DNA of 64,000 nucleotides, taken from assembly GCA_016297165.1 (NCBI GenBank), contig JAEDHF010000001.1, forward strand, positions 149 through 64,148, given 5' to 3'. The position numbers were made by a program, and so were the translations under genes. The notes under the pieces are model-generated. The model worked only from the letters and a program-made list of their open reading frames with translations, made no database searches and was not told the origin of the DNA. Origin of the DNA: Oscillospiraceae bacterium (GTDB taxonomy: Bacteria; Bacillota; Clostridia; Oscillospirales; Ruminococcaceae). Each line of letters opens with the position of its first letter. The stretch's first letter is position 1. Shown here piece after piece: positions 48,721 through 57,979 of the stretch.

Positions 48721-49398
48721 TCATAACGAATACTTTCTATAGCCGGGGTGTCTTACGGGGTAGCCCTTCGCTATCTCGCAGCATTTCATAATTTCTTCCC
48801 GTGGAAGCTCTCTTGCTCCGCCTAAAAGACGGGCGGTAAGGCTTACCTTTGCATAATGCTCGAGGGTTTCCATTCTGAAATAAGCCTGGTTAAGGTCAGT
48901 TCCTACAGTAATAGCTCCGTGATTCATAAGAAGCACAGCGTCATGGTAAGGAAGAAAAGGAACGACGCTTTCGGAAACCTCCTTACTTCCGGGAGCGCCG
49001 TAGGGCGCAAGGGGCACAGAGCCTAAAAAGGTTATGGCCTCCGTCATGGAGTAGTCGTCAAGGGGCACGTGTGCCACAGCGTAGCCCGTAGCAACAGGTG
49101 GGTGAGCGTGGACGACTGCATTTATATCAGGACGCTCACGGTAACAGACTAAATGAAGCTTGAATTCCGAGGAGGGGCGATAACCCTCGCTGCATTCCAG
49201 CACCTCGTAATTTTCGTTCATTTTCACAAGCATAGAGGGCTTCAGCTTTCCCTTACTTATGCCCGTAGGGGTAGTAAGAAAGCTTCCGTCCTTAAGCTTT
49301 ACGGAAATATTCCCGTCGTTGGCGGCTACCATTCCCCTCTGCCAGAGATTATTGCCGATTTCGCAAATCTGCTCCCTTAAAACTGATTCTTCTGTCAT
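48721..49398 (-). CDS. class II aldolase/adducin family protein (fuculose-phosphate aldolase-like)
   Basis: DGNIS, TPTG, PSSE..LH, AVVHAHP, LLMNHG. Confidence 0.9.
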   Translation of the reverse strand: MTEESVLREQICEIGNNLWQRGMVAANDGNISVKLKDGSFLTTPTGISKGKLKPSMLVKMNENYEVLECSEGYRPSSEFKLHLVCYRERPDINAVVHAHPPVATGYAVAHVPLDDYSMTEAITFLGSVPLAPYGAPGSKEVSESVVPFLPYHDAVLLMNHGAITVGTDLNQAYFRMETLEHYAKVSLTARLLGGARELPREEIMKCCEIAKGYPVRHPGYRKYSL

Positions 49399-49585
49399 AG
49401 TTTTTCTATTCCTTTCAAAAATGTCCGCTGAAAACTATATACAGTATAATTATAAACTATTTATGTGAAAATGTCTATATATTTTACGAATTTAATCCCT
49501 GTTTTTCCATAAGCACAGGGCAAAAACCGTAGGCGTCTGTACTAAAACGAAGGGGATTCTCATATACTTGGACGAGGTGATAAGA

Positions 49586-49975
49586 TTGTCCGTAAAAAAG
49601 AGCTATCGGGAGTTCCTTCGCCGAATGAGTACATATATACTTTCCACCGCCGTAGGTTCGGGGGTTTCGGTAATACTTCTCCTGTCCTTCGCCGCTTTGA
49701 TGTACGCCTTTACCCTGCCCCTTTATTTTTCGGGGTATCTTGCCCTTGTGGCGCTTGGTGCAGGCTGTATAGTTTCGGGCATTGTGGCAGGAAGAATAAA
49801 AAAACGCTGCGGCTTAAAGGTTGGCTTTCGCTGCGGCGTTATAATGCTTGCGTTATGCGCTGTTGGCGCTCTTATATTCGGTAAGCTTGATGGCTCCGCC
49901 GCTCTCGTTAAGACTATTACCGTGGTGATAACGGGCTGCTGCGGCGGAGTAATCGGCGTTAACAGAAAACGATAA
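49586..49975 (+). CDS. TIGR04086-like small membrane protein
   Basis: 4 TM, G..KKRCGL.G, ends GGVIGVN; TTG start after GAGGTG. Confidence 0.7.
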   Translation: MSVKKSYREFLRRMSTYILSTAVGSGVSVILLLSFAALMYAFTLPLYFSGYLALVALGAGCIVSGIVAGRIKKRCGLKVGFRCGVIMLALCAVGALIFGKLDGSAALVKTITVVITGCCGGVIGVNRKR

Positions 49976-50021
49976 ACAGCGAAAAAAAAGACGACTGCAT
50001 AGGCAATCGTCTTATCTGTAA

Positions 50022-50846
50022 TCAGTCCTTTTGTACGATATACTCAATTTCCTTTTCCTTTTTAGCGGTAAATACCGTAATAAGGAAGCCGAGGCTTATG
50101 GCGAAGGCAGTCGCCATATCAATATTAACGCCGCCGATACCGTTTACTGCAGTACCTCCGAAGAGAATAGCCGCCCCCTTCGAAATAACCGAGGTTCCCG
50201 AAAAAAGAAGGGTGAGCCCTGCAGAAATAATCTCTCTCATACGGGAATGCCTCGTTTCGATACGGGAGAAGAATCGAGCCGAAGCGGTAATATAAAGGGT
50301 TGCGCTTATATATCCCAGAAGGTCGATAAGGTTTTCGGAATGGTTAATGATAATAAGGTCCTCACCGAAGAAGGCGGCGGTTTTAAAGAACCAGGCTGCC
50401 GCAGCTAAAAGCTGGATATACCCCACATATTTCGGGGGGATTTTGTTGTTAAGGAGAAGAAGCCCCGAAGCACCAAAGGCGATACAGGACGCCGCCGAAA
50501 CAACAGTACCGAACAGCGCCGAGCCGCCGAAAACGCCCAATAAGCCGATAACTGCACCTATAAGATAGAGGATACCGAGGGGAATTGTAGCTTTATCCCC
50601 CATTCCGTCGGAGGAAAGGCTATAGGCGTCCGCTCCCGATCTTTTACCGATAGCGGCGAGGGCGATGAATACTGCCCCGAAAATCCCGAAAGCGATATAT
50701 ATAAGCATTCCGGGAGTTTCCGCTCCTTTAAGATAGAAGCCTGTATTGAAGTCGATGATTGAAACATACTGGAAAAAGCGGATAACCGAGGCGGCAAGAA
50801 GAGAAGCGCCGAGGAAAATAAGCGCCGCAAGACCTGTTTTTTTCAT
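50022..50846 (-). CDS. hypothetical integral membrane protein
   Basis: many TM helices; IDFNTGFY motif. Confidence 0.75.
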   Translation of the reverse strand: MKKTGLAALIFLGASLLAASVIRFFQYVSIIDFNTGFYLKGAETPGMLIYIAFGIFGAVFIALAAIGKRSGADAYSLSSDGMGDKATIPLGILYLIGAVIGLLGVFGGSALFGTVVSAASCIAFGASGLLLLNNKIPPKYVGYIQLLAAAAWFFKTAAFFGEDLIIINHSENLIDLLGYISATLYITASARFFSRIETRHSRMREIISAGLTLLFSGTSVISKGAAILFGGTAVNGIGGVNIDMATAFAISLGFLITVFTAKKEKEIEYIVQKD

Positions 50847-50931
50847 ATATATAAAAGTCCTTTCAAATTCAGAATACGAGTAATATTATAGTATATTTTC
50901 CCTTTTAAGTCAACAGTTTCGGAGGTGCAAT

Positions 50932-51870
50932 ATGCGGGACGGGCTTATAATTCTTCTGATTTTCGCCATAATTTCATTTTCTCTTCCCTTAATTTCCGTG
51001 CAGGAGGCAAAAGCGGCGGCTGTTTTCCCCGAGGAAATAACTCTCCTTCGGGAAAAGACAGGCGAAATAATTACCCTTAGCGGAAAAGACTATATAAAGG
51101 GCTGTATTTCCGCACAAATCCCTATAGACTATGAGCAGCAGGCGCTGAATGCACAGGCTGCCGCCGCCGCTACTTATGCATTAAGGCTTATGGCGGATAC
51201 AAGGGAAAGCGAAGCCCCATGGGGAGAGGCGGATTTATCCGACAGTGCCGCCGCCTGCCAGTCCTATTTCGATTACGAGGAATGCATAGAAAGCTACGGC
51301 GAGGAATATAATGAATTTCTCCCGAAAATAGAAGCGGCGGCAACCTTCGGTCTGTCCCATATAATAACCTACGAAAAGGAGCCGATTTACGCCGTCTATC
51401 ATTCCGTAAACACAGGAAAAACCGCCTCCCCCGAAATAATCTGGGGCAGGAGCTTTCCCTATCTTAAGCCGGTAGAAAGCCCCTGGGACAAGAGCTATAT
51501 CAACTATGAATGCAGTAACGAGATGACGACGGAGGAAGCCCGACGGCTTCTTATAAGTCATAAAAGCGATATAGAAATTCCTGCCGATTTCGGGAAATGG
51601 TTTTCCGAAATAAACGTTAACGAAAGCGGCTATGTAATATCTCTCCACCTCGGAAAAACCCTTCTTTCGGGGGGAGATATGTGGAGGATTTTCGGACTGC
51701 GCTCCCCTGCCTTTGAAATAAGCTATTCCGATAACGTCTTTACCTTTAAGACGAAGGGCTACGGTCATGGCGTTGGCTTAAGTCAATACGGTGCAAACGA
51801 AATGGCGAAATCGGGGAAAAATGCAGAAGAAATACTGAGATACTATTATAGCGGAGTTGAAATCAGCTGA
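50932..51870 (+). CDS. spoIID: stage II sporulation protein D (SpoIID/LytB family)
   Basis: YIKGCISAQIP..ALNAQA, YHS...WG...PYLKPVESPWD, GYGHGVGLSQYGA, ILRYYY. Confidence 0.88.
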   Translation: MRDGLIILLIFAIISFSLPLISVQEAKAAAVFPEEITLLREKTGEIITLSGKDYIKGCISAQIPIDYEQQALNAQAAAAATYALRLMADTRESEAPWGEADLSDSAAACQSYFDYEECIESYGEEYNEFLPKIEAAATFGLSHIITYEKEPIYAVYHSVNTGKTASPEIIWGRSFPYLKPVESPWDKSYINYECSNEMTTEEARRLLISHKSDIEIPADFGKWFSEINVNESGYVISLHLGKTLLSGGDMWRIFGLRSPAFEISYSDNVFTFKTKGYGHGVGLSQYGANEMAKSGKNAEEILRYYYSGVEIS

Positions 51871-52411
51871 TTGAGATTTCCGCCGTACCGCCTGCTGAAG
51901 CGGCGGAAACAGAAACAGCAGCCGAAGCGGTACTGTCTGCCGAAGAATCGGTACTTTCGCCGCTTTCGGAGGAGTATTCCGAGCCGTTTTCGGCGTTTTC
52001 TTCGTCCTCGAGGACGCTGTCGCATTTCTCGGGGTCTTCCTTTGGCTGTCTTAGCATAATCGCCTGTTTGAAAAGGTCGGGCTCGTGTTCCGCAAGGAAT
52101 TTCATATCCTTTTGAGGCACGATATCCCCTCGGGTAATACGCATAGCGATAAGCAGGCATTTACTGGTATCCTTAAAGCTGTCGCCGATGGCGTCAGCCT
52201 GCTCCTTTGCGGATTCAAGCTGTTGGTTAAGGGATTCCATTTCCTGCTGTTTTGCTTTTTTCTCCTGCTCTGCCTTTTCCTTTTGCAGCTTTTCCTTTTC
52301 CTTAGCTTCTTCCTCCTTTTTAAGGGCTTCCTCTTCCCTTTTTGCCTTTAAATCGGGGAGTAAGCCTGTAAACCTCGGAACAAATGTTCCGCCGAAATCC
52401 TTTATATTCAT
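51863..52411 (-). CDS. hypothetical coiled-coil protein
   Basis: GGAGG RBS; charged coiled coil; CLLIAMRITRGDIVP..D..FL. Confidence 0.7.
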   Translation of the reverse strand: MNIKDFGGTFVPRFTGLLPDLKAKREEEALKKEEEAKEKEKLQKEKAEQEKKAKQQEMESLNQQLESAKEQADAIGDSFKDTSKCLLIAMRITRGDIVPQKDMKFLAEHEPDLFKQAIMLRQPKEDPEKCDSVLEDEENAENGSEYSSESGESTDSSADSTASAAVSVSAASAGGTAEISIS

Positions 52412-52495
52412 AAAATCCCTCCTTATCCCGATATAACTATCTCCATATTATATCGGCAGGATTTTTTGGAATTTTACTTGTTTATTATTTTGTTT

Positions 52496-52860
52496 TTTGC
52501 AGTTTGTTGATAGATTGCTATTATTTCGAAATTGGATAGTTTTTTTGTTTTTGTGGTATTTATAGTTCTGTCTAAGTACACATTTTTTGATTAGACTTGC
52601 CGTCTTTGGGGCACTACTTTCTTGTATCGACAAGAAAGTTAAAAAGAAACGTTTTTTTGATTTGTTCAATATGTAAGTTTTCATTAAGTACACAGTTTCT
52701 GATTAGACTTGCCGTCTTAGGGGCACCCCTTTCTTGGCGGAACAAGAAAGGGGTGCCCATAAGATAGCAAATCTTAACATTAACTGCGTACTTAGACAAA
52801 ATTCGAAATATCGCAAAACCAAAAACGCTTCTTTCCCCCTTTCTTGGCAGAACAAGAAAA
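52496..52860. repeat. composite array of the TTTCTTG-N6-CAAGAAA repeat family, including a long palindrome
   Basis: two direct units (about 52540-52639 and 52654-52750) and one inverted unit sharing the hairpin GGGCACCCCTTTCTTG-GCGGAA-CAAGAAAGGGGTGCCC (52721-52758); another hairpin at 52840-52859. Confidence 0.85.
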
Positions 52861-52912
52861 GCCCGAAACAACAAAACCCCGTTATCCTTCGGACAACGGG
52901 GGCTGTTGTTAT

Positions 52913-53440
52913 TCAGAGCTTTTCCGCCAGCTCATCGGAAAGCATTATCGCCTTCGTTTTAATCTCACGGCTGCTGAAAATACCCTTATCACAGCAGCAT
53001 AGCGCCTTTTTTGCGAAATCCATTCCCTCTCTCGGAGAAGCCGCATTCTCCGCCAGCTTAAGATAACAGCGGCAGAGAACAGCGTTTGCTTCGTCGAAAA
53101 TTACGCTGTCCTCCCCGGAAAAAGGGAGCGCCAGCTCTATAGCGGCGGTATAGTCCTCTCTTTTATAGGCGTTCTTCATTTTATTAAGCGCCTCGAAATC
53201 CTTTATAACTGCGTTTTCGCTATCGTCGAAGGTTTCGAGCTCGTCGGGCAGGAGATAATTAACGGGAAGCTGGAGAACCTTTGCAAGATAGGTAAGGGTC
53301 TTAACCGAGGGATTGGCAGTTCCGCTTTCTATCTGGCTCAGCATATTTCTCGTGATGAAGTCCCCGACTACGTCCGCCTGGGTCATCTTTCTGGCGAGGC
53401 GGGCTTCCTTTATGCGCTTACCCAGTTCAACCGAATTCAT
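52913..53440 (-). CDS. XRE-family HTH transcriptional regulator
   Basis: LGKRIKEARLARKMTQ...LSQIESGTANPS..TL..LA. Confidence 0.9.
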   Translation of the reverse strand: MNSVELGKRIKEARLARKMTQADVVGDFITRNMLSQIESGTANPSVKTLTYLAKVLQLPVNYLLPDELETFDDSENAVIKDFEALNKMKNAYKREDYTAAIELALPFSGEDSVIFDEANAVLCRCYLKLAENAASPREGMDFAKKALCCCDKGIFSSREIKTKAIMLSDELAEKL

Positions 53441-53454
53441 AACCACACTTCCTT

Positions 53455-53649
53455 TAGTAAATATAATTTACATATATTTTAGCATTATGTTACCGAAAAA
53501 TCAATAGCTTAAATAGAATTTTACAAAATTTGTCACAATGCACAAAAGAAAATCCTGCCAATGTGCAGTATAACGAAAATGAAAAACCCGTTCTTTTACT
53601 ATTGACAACAGCAAAAAATGTGTTATAATGATAGTAAATAGAATTTACA
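53455..53649. promoter_or_regulatory. divergent promoter region with repeated operator GTAAAT-N3-ATTTAC
   Basis: TAGTAAATATAATTTACA at 53455-53472 and TAGTAAATAGAATTTACA at 53632-53649; TTGACA-N16-TATAAT at 53602-53629. Confidence 0.65.
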
Positions 53650-53692
53650 ATTTCTATAAAAATTGCTCTTCTGAGCGGAAAGGCGGCAGCTT

Positions 53693-54376
53693 ATGGAATG
53701 GTTTTCTGAATGGTGGTCGGGACTTGGTATTTTTCTGCAGGTAATGTACTGTATTGCGCTTCCTGCCACAATTATTCTTATAATACAGGCGGTTATGATA
53801 ATCCTCGGCTTCGGCGGAGACGGAGATATGGGCGTTGACGTAAGCGATACCTCGGGGCTTGACGCTCCCGACGTTAACATGATAAATACGGATATCCCCG
53901 ATATCCCCGACGCTGCGGATATTACCGACGCAGTTACAACCCACGACGGCGGAAATCCCTCGGATATGGGAACAATGCACTTTTTCACAATACAGGGCTT
54001 TATTACCTTCCTTACGGTTTTCGGCTGGTCGGGAATAATCTGCTACGGCTCGACGAATAACATTTTCCTTACCGTAATCGTAGCCTTAGTTTTAGGCGCT
54101 CTTGCTATGTTCGGCGTGGCTAAGCTTATGCAGCTAAGCGGTAAGCTTGCACAGAACGGTACTATAAATATGAGAAATCTCCTCGGCGCTAAGGGTACGG
54201 TTTATCTCGTAATTCCCGCCTCTGGCGAAGGAAAAGGAAAGGTAAATATTACTACCGACGAACGAAGCCTCGAATTCGACGCAATCACCGACGGAAAGGA
54301 CTCTATCGGAAACGGCTCGGAAATAAGAGTTACGGATATAAGAACGGGTAACCTTCTTGTAGTAGAAAAAATATAA
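53693..54376 (+). CDS. NfeD-like membrane protein (flotillin partner)
   Basis: TM helices with an acidic loop; C-terminal OB fold (G.VYLVIP...GKV...DA...V.V); precedes flotillin. Confidence 0.8.
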   Translation: MEWFSEWWSGLGIFLQVMYCIALPATIILIIQAVMIILGFGGDGDMGVDVSDTSGLDAPDVNMINTDIPDIPDAADITDAVTTHDGGNPSDMGTMHFFTIQGFITFLTVFGWSGIICYGSTNNIFLTVIVALVLGALAMFGVAKLMQLSGKLAQNGTINMRNLLGAKGTVYLVIPASGEGKGKVNITTDERSLEFDAITDGKDSIGNGSEIRVTDIRTGNLLVVEKI

Positions 54377-54389
54377 GTGAGGGAATTGA

Positions 54390-54944
54390 ATGGACGCTCT
54401 TGATATCGCATATATCGCCTTTATCGCTATTGTAATAATAGCCGGAGTAATCTGTATAATGATTTTCGTACCGAAGGAGAGGAAAAAGCGGGAGGACACA
54501 GAAAACTGTTACCGCTACTTTCTTAAGGGCGGCGAAATGATTCGAAGCCACGATAAAGCCAGCCTTTATGAGAAGGTAAGCTCCTATTTCTACATAGAAA
54601 AAGGACCCTTCGAGGTTGACGGCGTAGCGGATGCAGTAAAGGGAGCGGACGGAAAATATTATAAGGCGATAGCCCTTATGGCAGTATATATCCCCGAAAG
54701 CCTTGCCGATACTGCGGCAAATATCTTCTGTAAAATGGAGCAGGATACTATTGTTGAGGCTCTTTCCGAAACCCTTTCCGAGGCTCTTTCGGTTAAGCTC
54801 GGAGAGTATTCCGGGGACATGGATATAAACGAATTCAAGGAAAGCTATCGGGAATATACGGAGAAGAAGCTGACTGCCCTCGGCTATATGGTTGAAGCCT
54901 TCAGCGGCTTAAAGGTGTCCGAGGATTTGACTGCAGGTAATTGA
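54390..54944 (+). CDS. hypothetical single-TM protein in the flotillin operon
   Basis: GAGGG RBS, N-terminal TM, co-oriented with its neighbours. Confidence 0.7.
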   Translation: MDALDIAYIAFIAIVIIAGVICIMIFVPKERKKREDTENCYRYFLKGGEMIRSHDKASLYEKVSSYFYIEKGPFEVDGVADAVKGADGKYYKAIALMAVYIPESLADTAANIFCKMEQDTIVEALSETLSEALSVKLGEYSGDMDINEFKESYREYTEKKLTALGYMVEAFSGLKVSEDLTAGN

Positions 54945-54992
54945 TACAGTCGGAATTACGGCTGTAAAAATATATGTTCAGGAGGAAATAAA

Positions 54993-56399
54993 ATGGACGA
55001 AACAGTTTTAATTGCGATATGCGTGGGAGCGGTTGTTCTCTTCGCCCTTATCGCAGGTATCCTTTCGAGATACCGCAAATGCCCGTCGGATAAGGTTCTC
55101 GTTATCTACGGTAAGGTAGGAAGCGATAAAAGCGGTCAGGCAAGAAGCGCTAAATGTATTCACGGCGGCGCCGCCTTCATCTTCCCTATTATCCAGTCCT
55201 ATCAGTATATGGATTTAACCCCTATTTCCATTAACGTTGACTTAAAGAACGCTCTTTCGAAGCAGAATATCCGTGTTGACGTTCCTTCGAGCTTTACCGT
55301 CGGTATTTCTACCGAGCCCGGCGTTATGCAGAATGCCGCAGAGCGTCTTTTAGGCCTTCGTCTCCAGCAGATTCAGGAGCTCGCCAAGGATATTATCTTC
55401 GGTCAGCTTCGTCTCGTTATCGCAACAATGGATATTGAGGAAATAAATACCGACCGTGATAAGTTCCTTATTGCGGTATCCAATAACGTAGAAATCGAGC
55501 TTCGTAAAATCGGCTTAAGACTTATTAACGTAAACGTAACGGATATCCGTGATGAATCGGGCTATATCGAGGCTCTCGGTAAGGAAGCTGCCGCTAAGGC
55601 AATCAACGACGCCAAGAAATCCGTTGCCGAAAAGGACAGAGACGGTGCAATCGGTCAGGCTAACGCTTTAAGAGACCAGAGAGTACAGGTTGCTGCAGCT
55701 AACGCAAGCGCAATCGAGGGTGAAAACGCCGCTAAGGTAGAAATCGCCCAGTCCGAAGCCTTAAGACGTGAAAAGGAAGCGGAAGCCCTTAAGGTTGCTA
55801 CTGCCGCAGAAGCAGTTCAGGCGGCTAAGGCAAGAGAAGAAGCCTACGTTGCTCAGAAAATCGCCGAACAGGGTCGTGCGGCTCTCGAAACCGCAACCCA
55901 GGAAGCGGATATTATCGTAAAGGCAAAAATTGCCAAGGAACAGGCGGAAATCGCCGCAGAAGCCGAGGCAGAGGTTCTTCGCCGCAAGGCAAAGGGTGAA
56001 GCCGACGCTATCTTCGCAAAGATGGAGGCGCAGGCTAACGGTGCCAAGGAAATTCTCCAGAAGCAGGCTGAAGGTATGAAGGAGCTTGTTGATGCAGCAG
56101 GCAACGCCGACGACGCAGTTAAGCTCATCATCGCCGACAAGATGGAACAGCTTATGCGCATTCAGGTTGACGCTATCAAGAATATCAAGATTGATAAGAT
56201 TACCGTGTGGGACGGCGGCTCTAACGGAGCCGAGGGAAAAAACTCAACAGCCGACTTTATAAGCGGCTTATTCAAGGCGGTTCCCCCCATGAACGAGCTT
56301 TTCAATCAGGCAGGAATGAAGCTTCCCGAGTATCTCGGTAAGGACCTTGAAGAAATGGCAAATCAGGCTGCTGACACAACAGGAACTGATGTCGAATAA
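54993..56399 (+). CDS. flotillin (SPFH domain) family protein
   Basis: RYRKCPSD..LVIYG, GQLR.VIA.M.IEEIN.DR, Ala/Glu-rich coiled coil. Confidence 0.93.
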   Translation: MDETVLIAICVGAVVLFALIAGILSRYRKCPSDKVLVIYGKVGSDKSGQARSAKCIHGGAAFIFPIIQSYQYMDLTPISINVDLKNALSKQNIRVDVPSSFTVGISTEPGVMQNAAERLLGLRLQQIQELAKDIIFGQLRLVIATMDIEEINTDRDKFLIAVSNNVEIELRKIGLRLINVNVTDIRDESGYIEALGKEAAAKAINDAKKSVAEKDRDGAIGQANALRDQRVQVAAANASAIEGENAAKVEIAQSEALRREKEAEALKVATAAEAVQAAKAREEAYVAQKIAEQGRAALETATQEADIIVKAKIAKEQAEIAAEAEAEVLRRKAKGEADAIFAKMEAQANGAKEILQKQAEGMKELVDAAGNADDAVKLIIADKMEQLMRIQVDAIKNIKIDKITVWDGGSNGAEGKNSTADFISGLFKAVPPMNELFNQAGMKLPEYLGKDLEEMANQAADTTGTDVE

Positions 56400-56412
56400 A
56401 TGAGAATAAAAG

Positions 56413-56442
56413 AACGTCGGGCTGAGAAGTCCGACGTTTTTG
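56413..56442 (+). terminator. flotillin operon terminator
   Basis: AACGTCGGGCT-GAGA-AGTCCGACGTT followed by T tract. Confidence 0.75.
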
Positions 56443-56452
56443 TTGTTTTTGC

Positions 56453-56513
56453 TGTTTCTTGTTTCGCCAAGAAACAAGGCGGATTTATTCTTTCTTGTAT
56501 CGACAAGAAAGAA
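56453..56513. repeat. two TTTCTTG-N6-CAAGAAA hairpins
   Basis: 56453-56476 and 56488-56513. Confidence 0.8.
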
Positions 56514-56529
56514 CAGATAAAACGAAAGT

Positions 56530-57531
56530 TTAAAGCGGCATTGTCGCTACTGCATTAAGACTTCCGTCGGCGGTGATACCTGCCTCGGTATATTCATAGA
56601 ACGCCTGACTTCCTATCATGGCGGCGTTATCTCCGCAAAGGGACACAGGGGGAATATAAAGCTTAATCCCCTTAGCCTTACAGCGCTTTTCCGTCATATC
56701 CCTGAGGGCTGAATTTGCGGCTACTCCCCCTGCCATAGCGCAGACCCTATAACCGCCCTCGACTGCCGCCGCTACAAAGCGGGAGGAAAGGATATCCGCT
56801 ACCGTATATTGGAACGAAGCGGCGAGGGAGTTTATATCAATCTCCTCGCCCTTTTGTGAAGCGTTATGGACGAGGTTAATAACGTTCGTCTTAAGACCCG
56901 AAAAGCTGAAATCATAAGGGTTGGCGGTTTTCGGTCGGGGCAGTCTGTACTTTTTCGGGTCGCCCTCCTTAGCCGCCTTATCAATATGAACGCCGCCCGG
57001 ATAGGAAAAGCCCATGGCTCTTGCCGCCTTGTCGAAGGCTTCGCCTGCTGCGTCGTCGAGGGTTCTTCCGATTGTTTCGTAGTCGGTATAGCTCTTTACC
57101 TTCATAATATGGGAATGTCCCCCGGAAGCCACAAGGCAGAGATAGGGGGGCTTAAGGTCGGGGTGAGCGATATAGTTTGCGGCAATATGCCCCTTTATAT
57201 GGTGAACGGGGATAAGGGGTTTTCCTGCCGAAAGGGCGAGCCCCTTAGCGAAATTTACCCCCACGAGTAAGGCTCCGATAAGCCCCGGCGCATAGGTAAC
57301 GGCGATTGCGTCTATGTCCTTCAGGGCAGTATCCGCCGCTTTAAGGGCTTCGTCAACCACGCTGACAATGCTTTCACAGTGGCGCCTTGAAGCTATTTCG
57401 GGTACTACTCCCCCGTAAAGCTTATGCTCCTCAATCTGGGTTGCTACTATATTTGAAATTATTTTTCTTCCGTCCTCGACTACTGCCGCCGCAGTTTCGT
57501 CACAGGAGCTTTCTATAGCTAAAATTCTCAT
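56530..57531 (-). CDS. tsaD: tRNA t6A threonylcarbamoyltransferase TsaD
   Basis: ILAIESSCDET, GGVVPEIASRRH, HHIKGH, DDAAGEAFDK, FSFSGLK, DNAAMI. Confidence 0.97.
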   Translation of the reverse strand: MRILAIESSCDETAAAVVEDGRKIISNIVATQIEEHKLYGGVVPEIASRRHCESIVSVVDEALKAADTALKDIDAIAVTYAPGLIGALLVGVNFAKGLALSAGKPLIPVHHIKGHIAANYIAHPDLKPPYLCLVASGGHSHIMKVKSYTDYETIGRTLDDAAGEAFDKAARAMGFSYPGGVHIDKAAKEGDPKKYRLPRPKTANPYDFSFSGLKTNVINLVHNASQKGEEIDINSLAASFQYTVADILSSRFVAAAVEGGYRVCAMAGGVAANSALRDMTEKRCKAKGIKLYIPPVSLCGDNAAMIGSQAFYEYTEAGITADGSLNAVATMPL

Positions 57532-57652
57532 GGTAAGTCCTCTTTATTCCGATTATATCTACATTATATCCCAAAAGACAGAATTTTGCAATAGTCTCCT
57601 TCCATATTCCGACAAAAAATAGGGCAGTAGGGAGAAAACTGCCCCGAAAAGG

Positions 57653-57681
57653 TTGTAATGTTTCTGAAAGGGTGGTATAAT
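57653..57681 (+). promoter_or_regulatory. sigma-A promoter for the peptidase operon
   Basis: TTGTAA-N17-TATAAT with TGG extended -10. Confidence 0.7.
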
Positions 57682-57942
57682 ATATGTTATGAAAACGCAG
57701 TTTTCATATAGTCGGTGTTAGCCGACCGACGCAAAGCGGCGAACATATATTTCAAGGTTCTCGTGGCTGTTCGAAATCTTTGATTTCGGTAACAGCAGAG
57801 GTTCTTATAATATATGTTATGAAAACGCAGTTTTCATATAGTCGGTGTTAGCCGACCGACGCAAAGCGGCGAACATATATTTCAAGGTTCTCGTGGCTGT
57901 TCGAAATCTTTGATTTCGGTAACAGCAGAGGTTCTTATAATA
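57676..57942. repeat. perfect 130-bp tandem repeat (2 copies plus 7 bp) with multi-hairpin structure
   Basis: 57676-57805 equals 57806-57935; TATAATA at 57676, 57806 and 57936. Confidence 0.92.
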
Positions 57943-57979
57943 AAGGTAATATACAGTATTATAAAGGAAAGGTCGTTAT

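Noticed and set aside
52448..53066. Short ORFs in the AT-rich repeat region
   Set aside because: They are translations of the dispersed repeat family; similar peptide fragments recur at 8154-8366
57676..57942. CRISPR array or leader-peptide interpretation of the 130-bp repeat
   Set aside because: There are no unique spacers, the unit is far too long, and no cas genes are present; the internal ORF (MKTQFSYSRC) lacks an RBS
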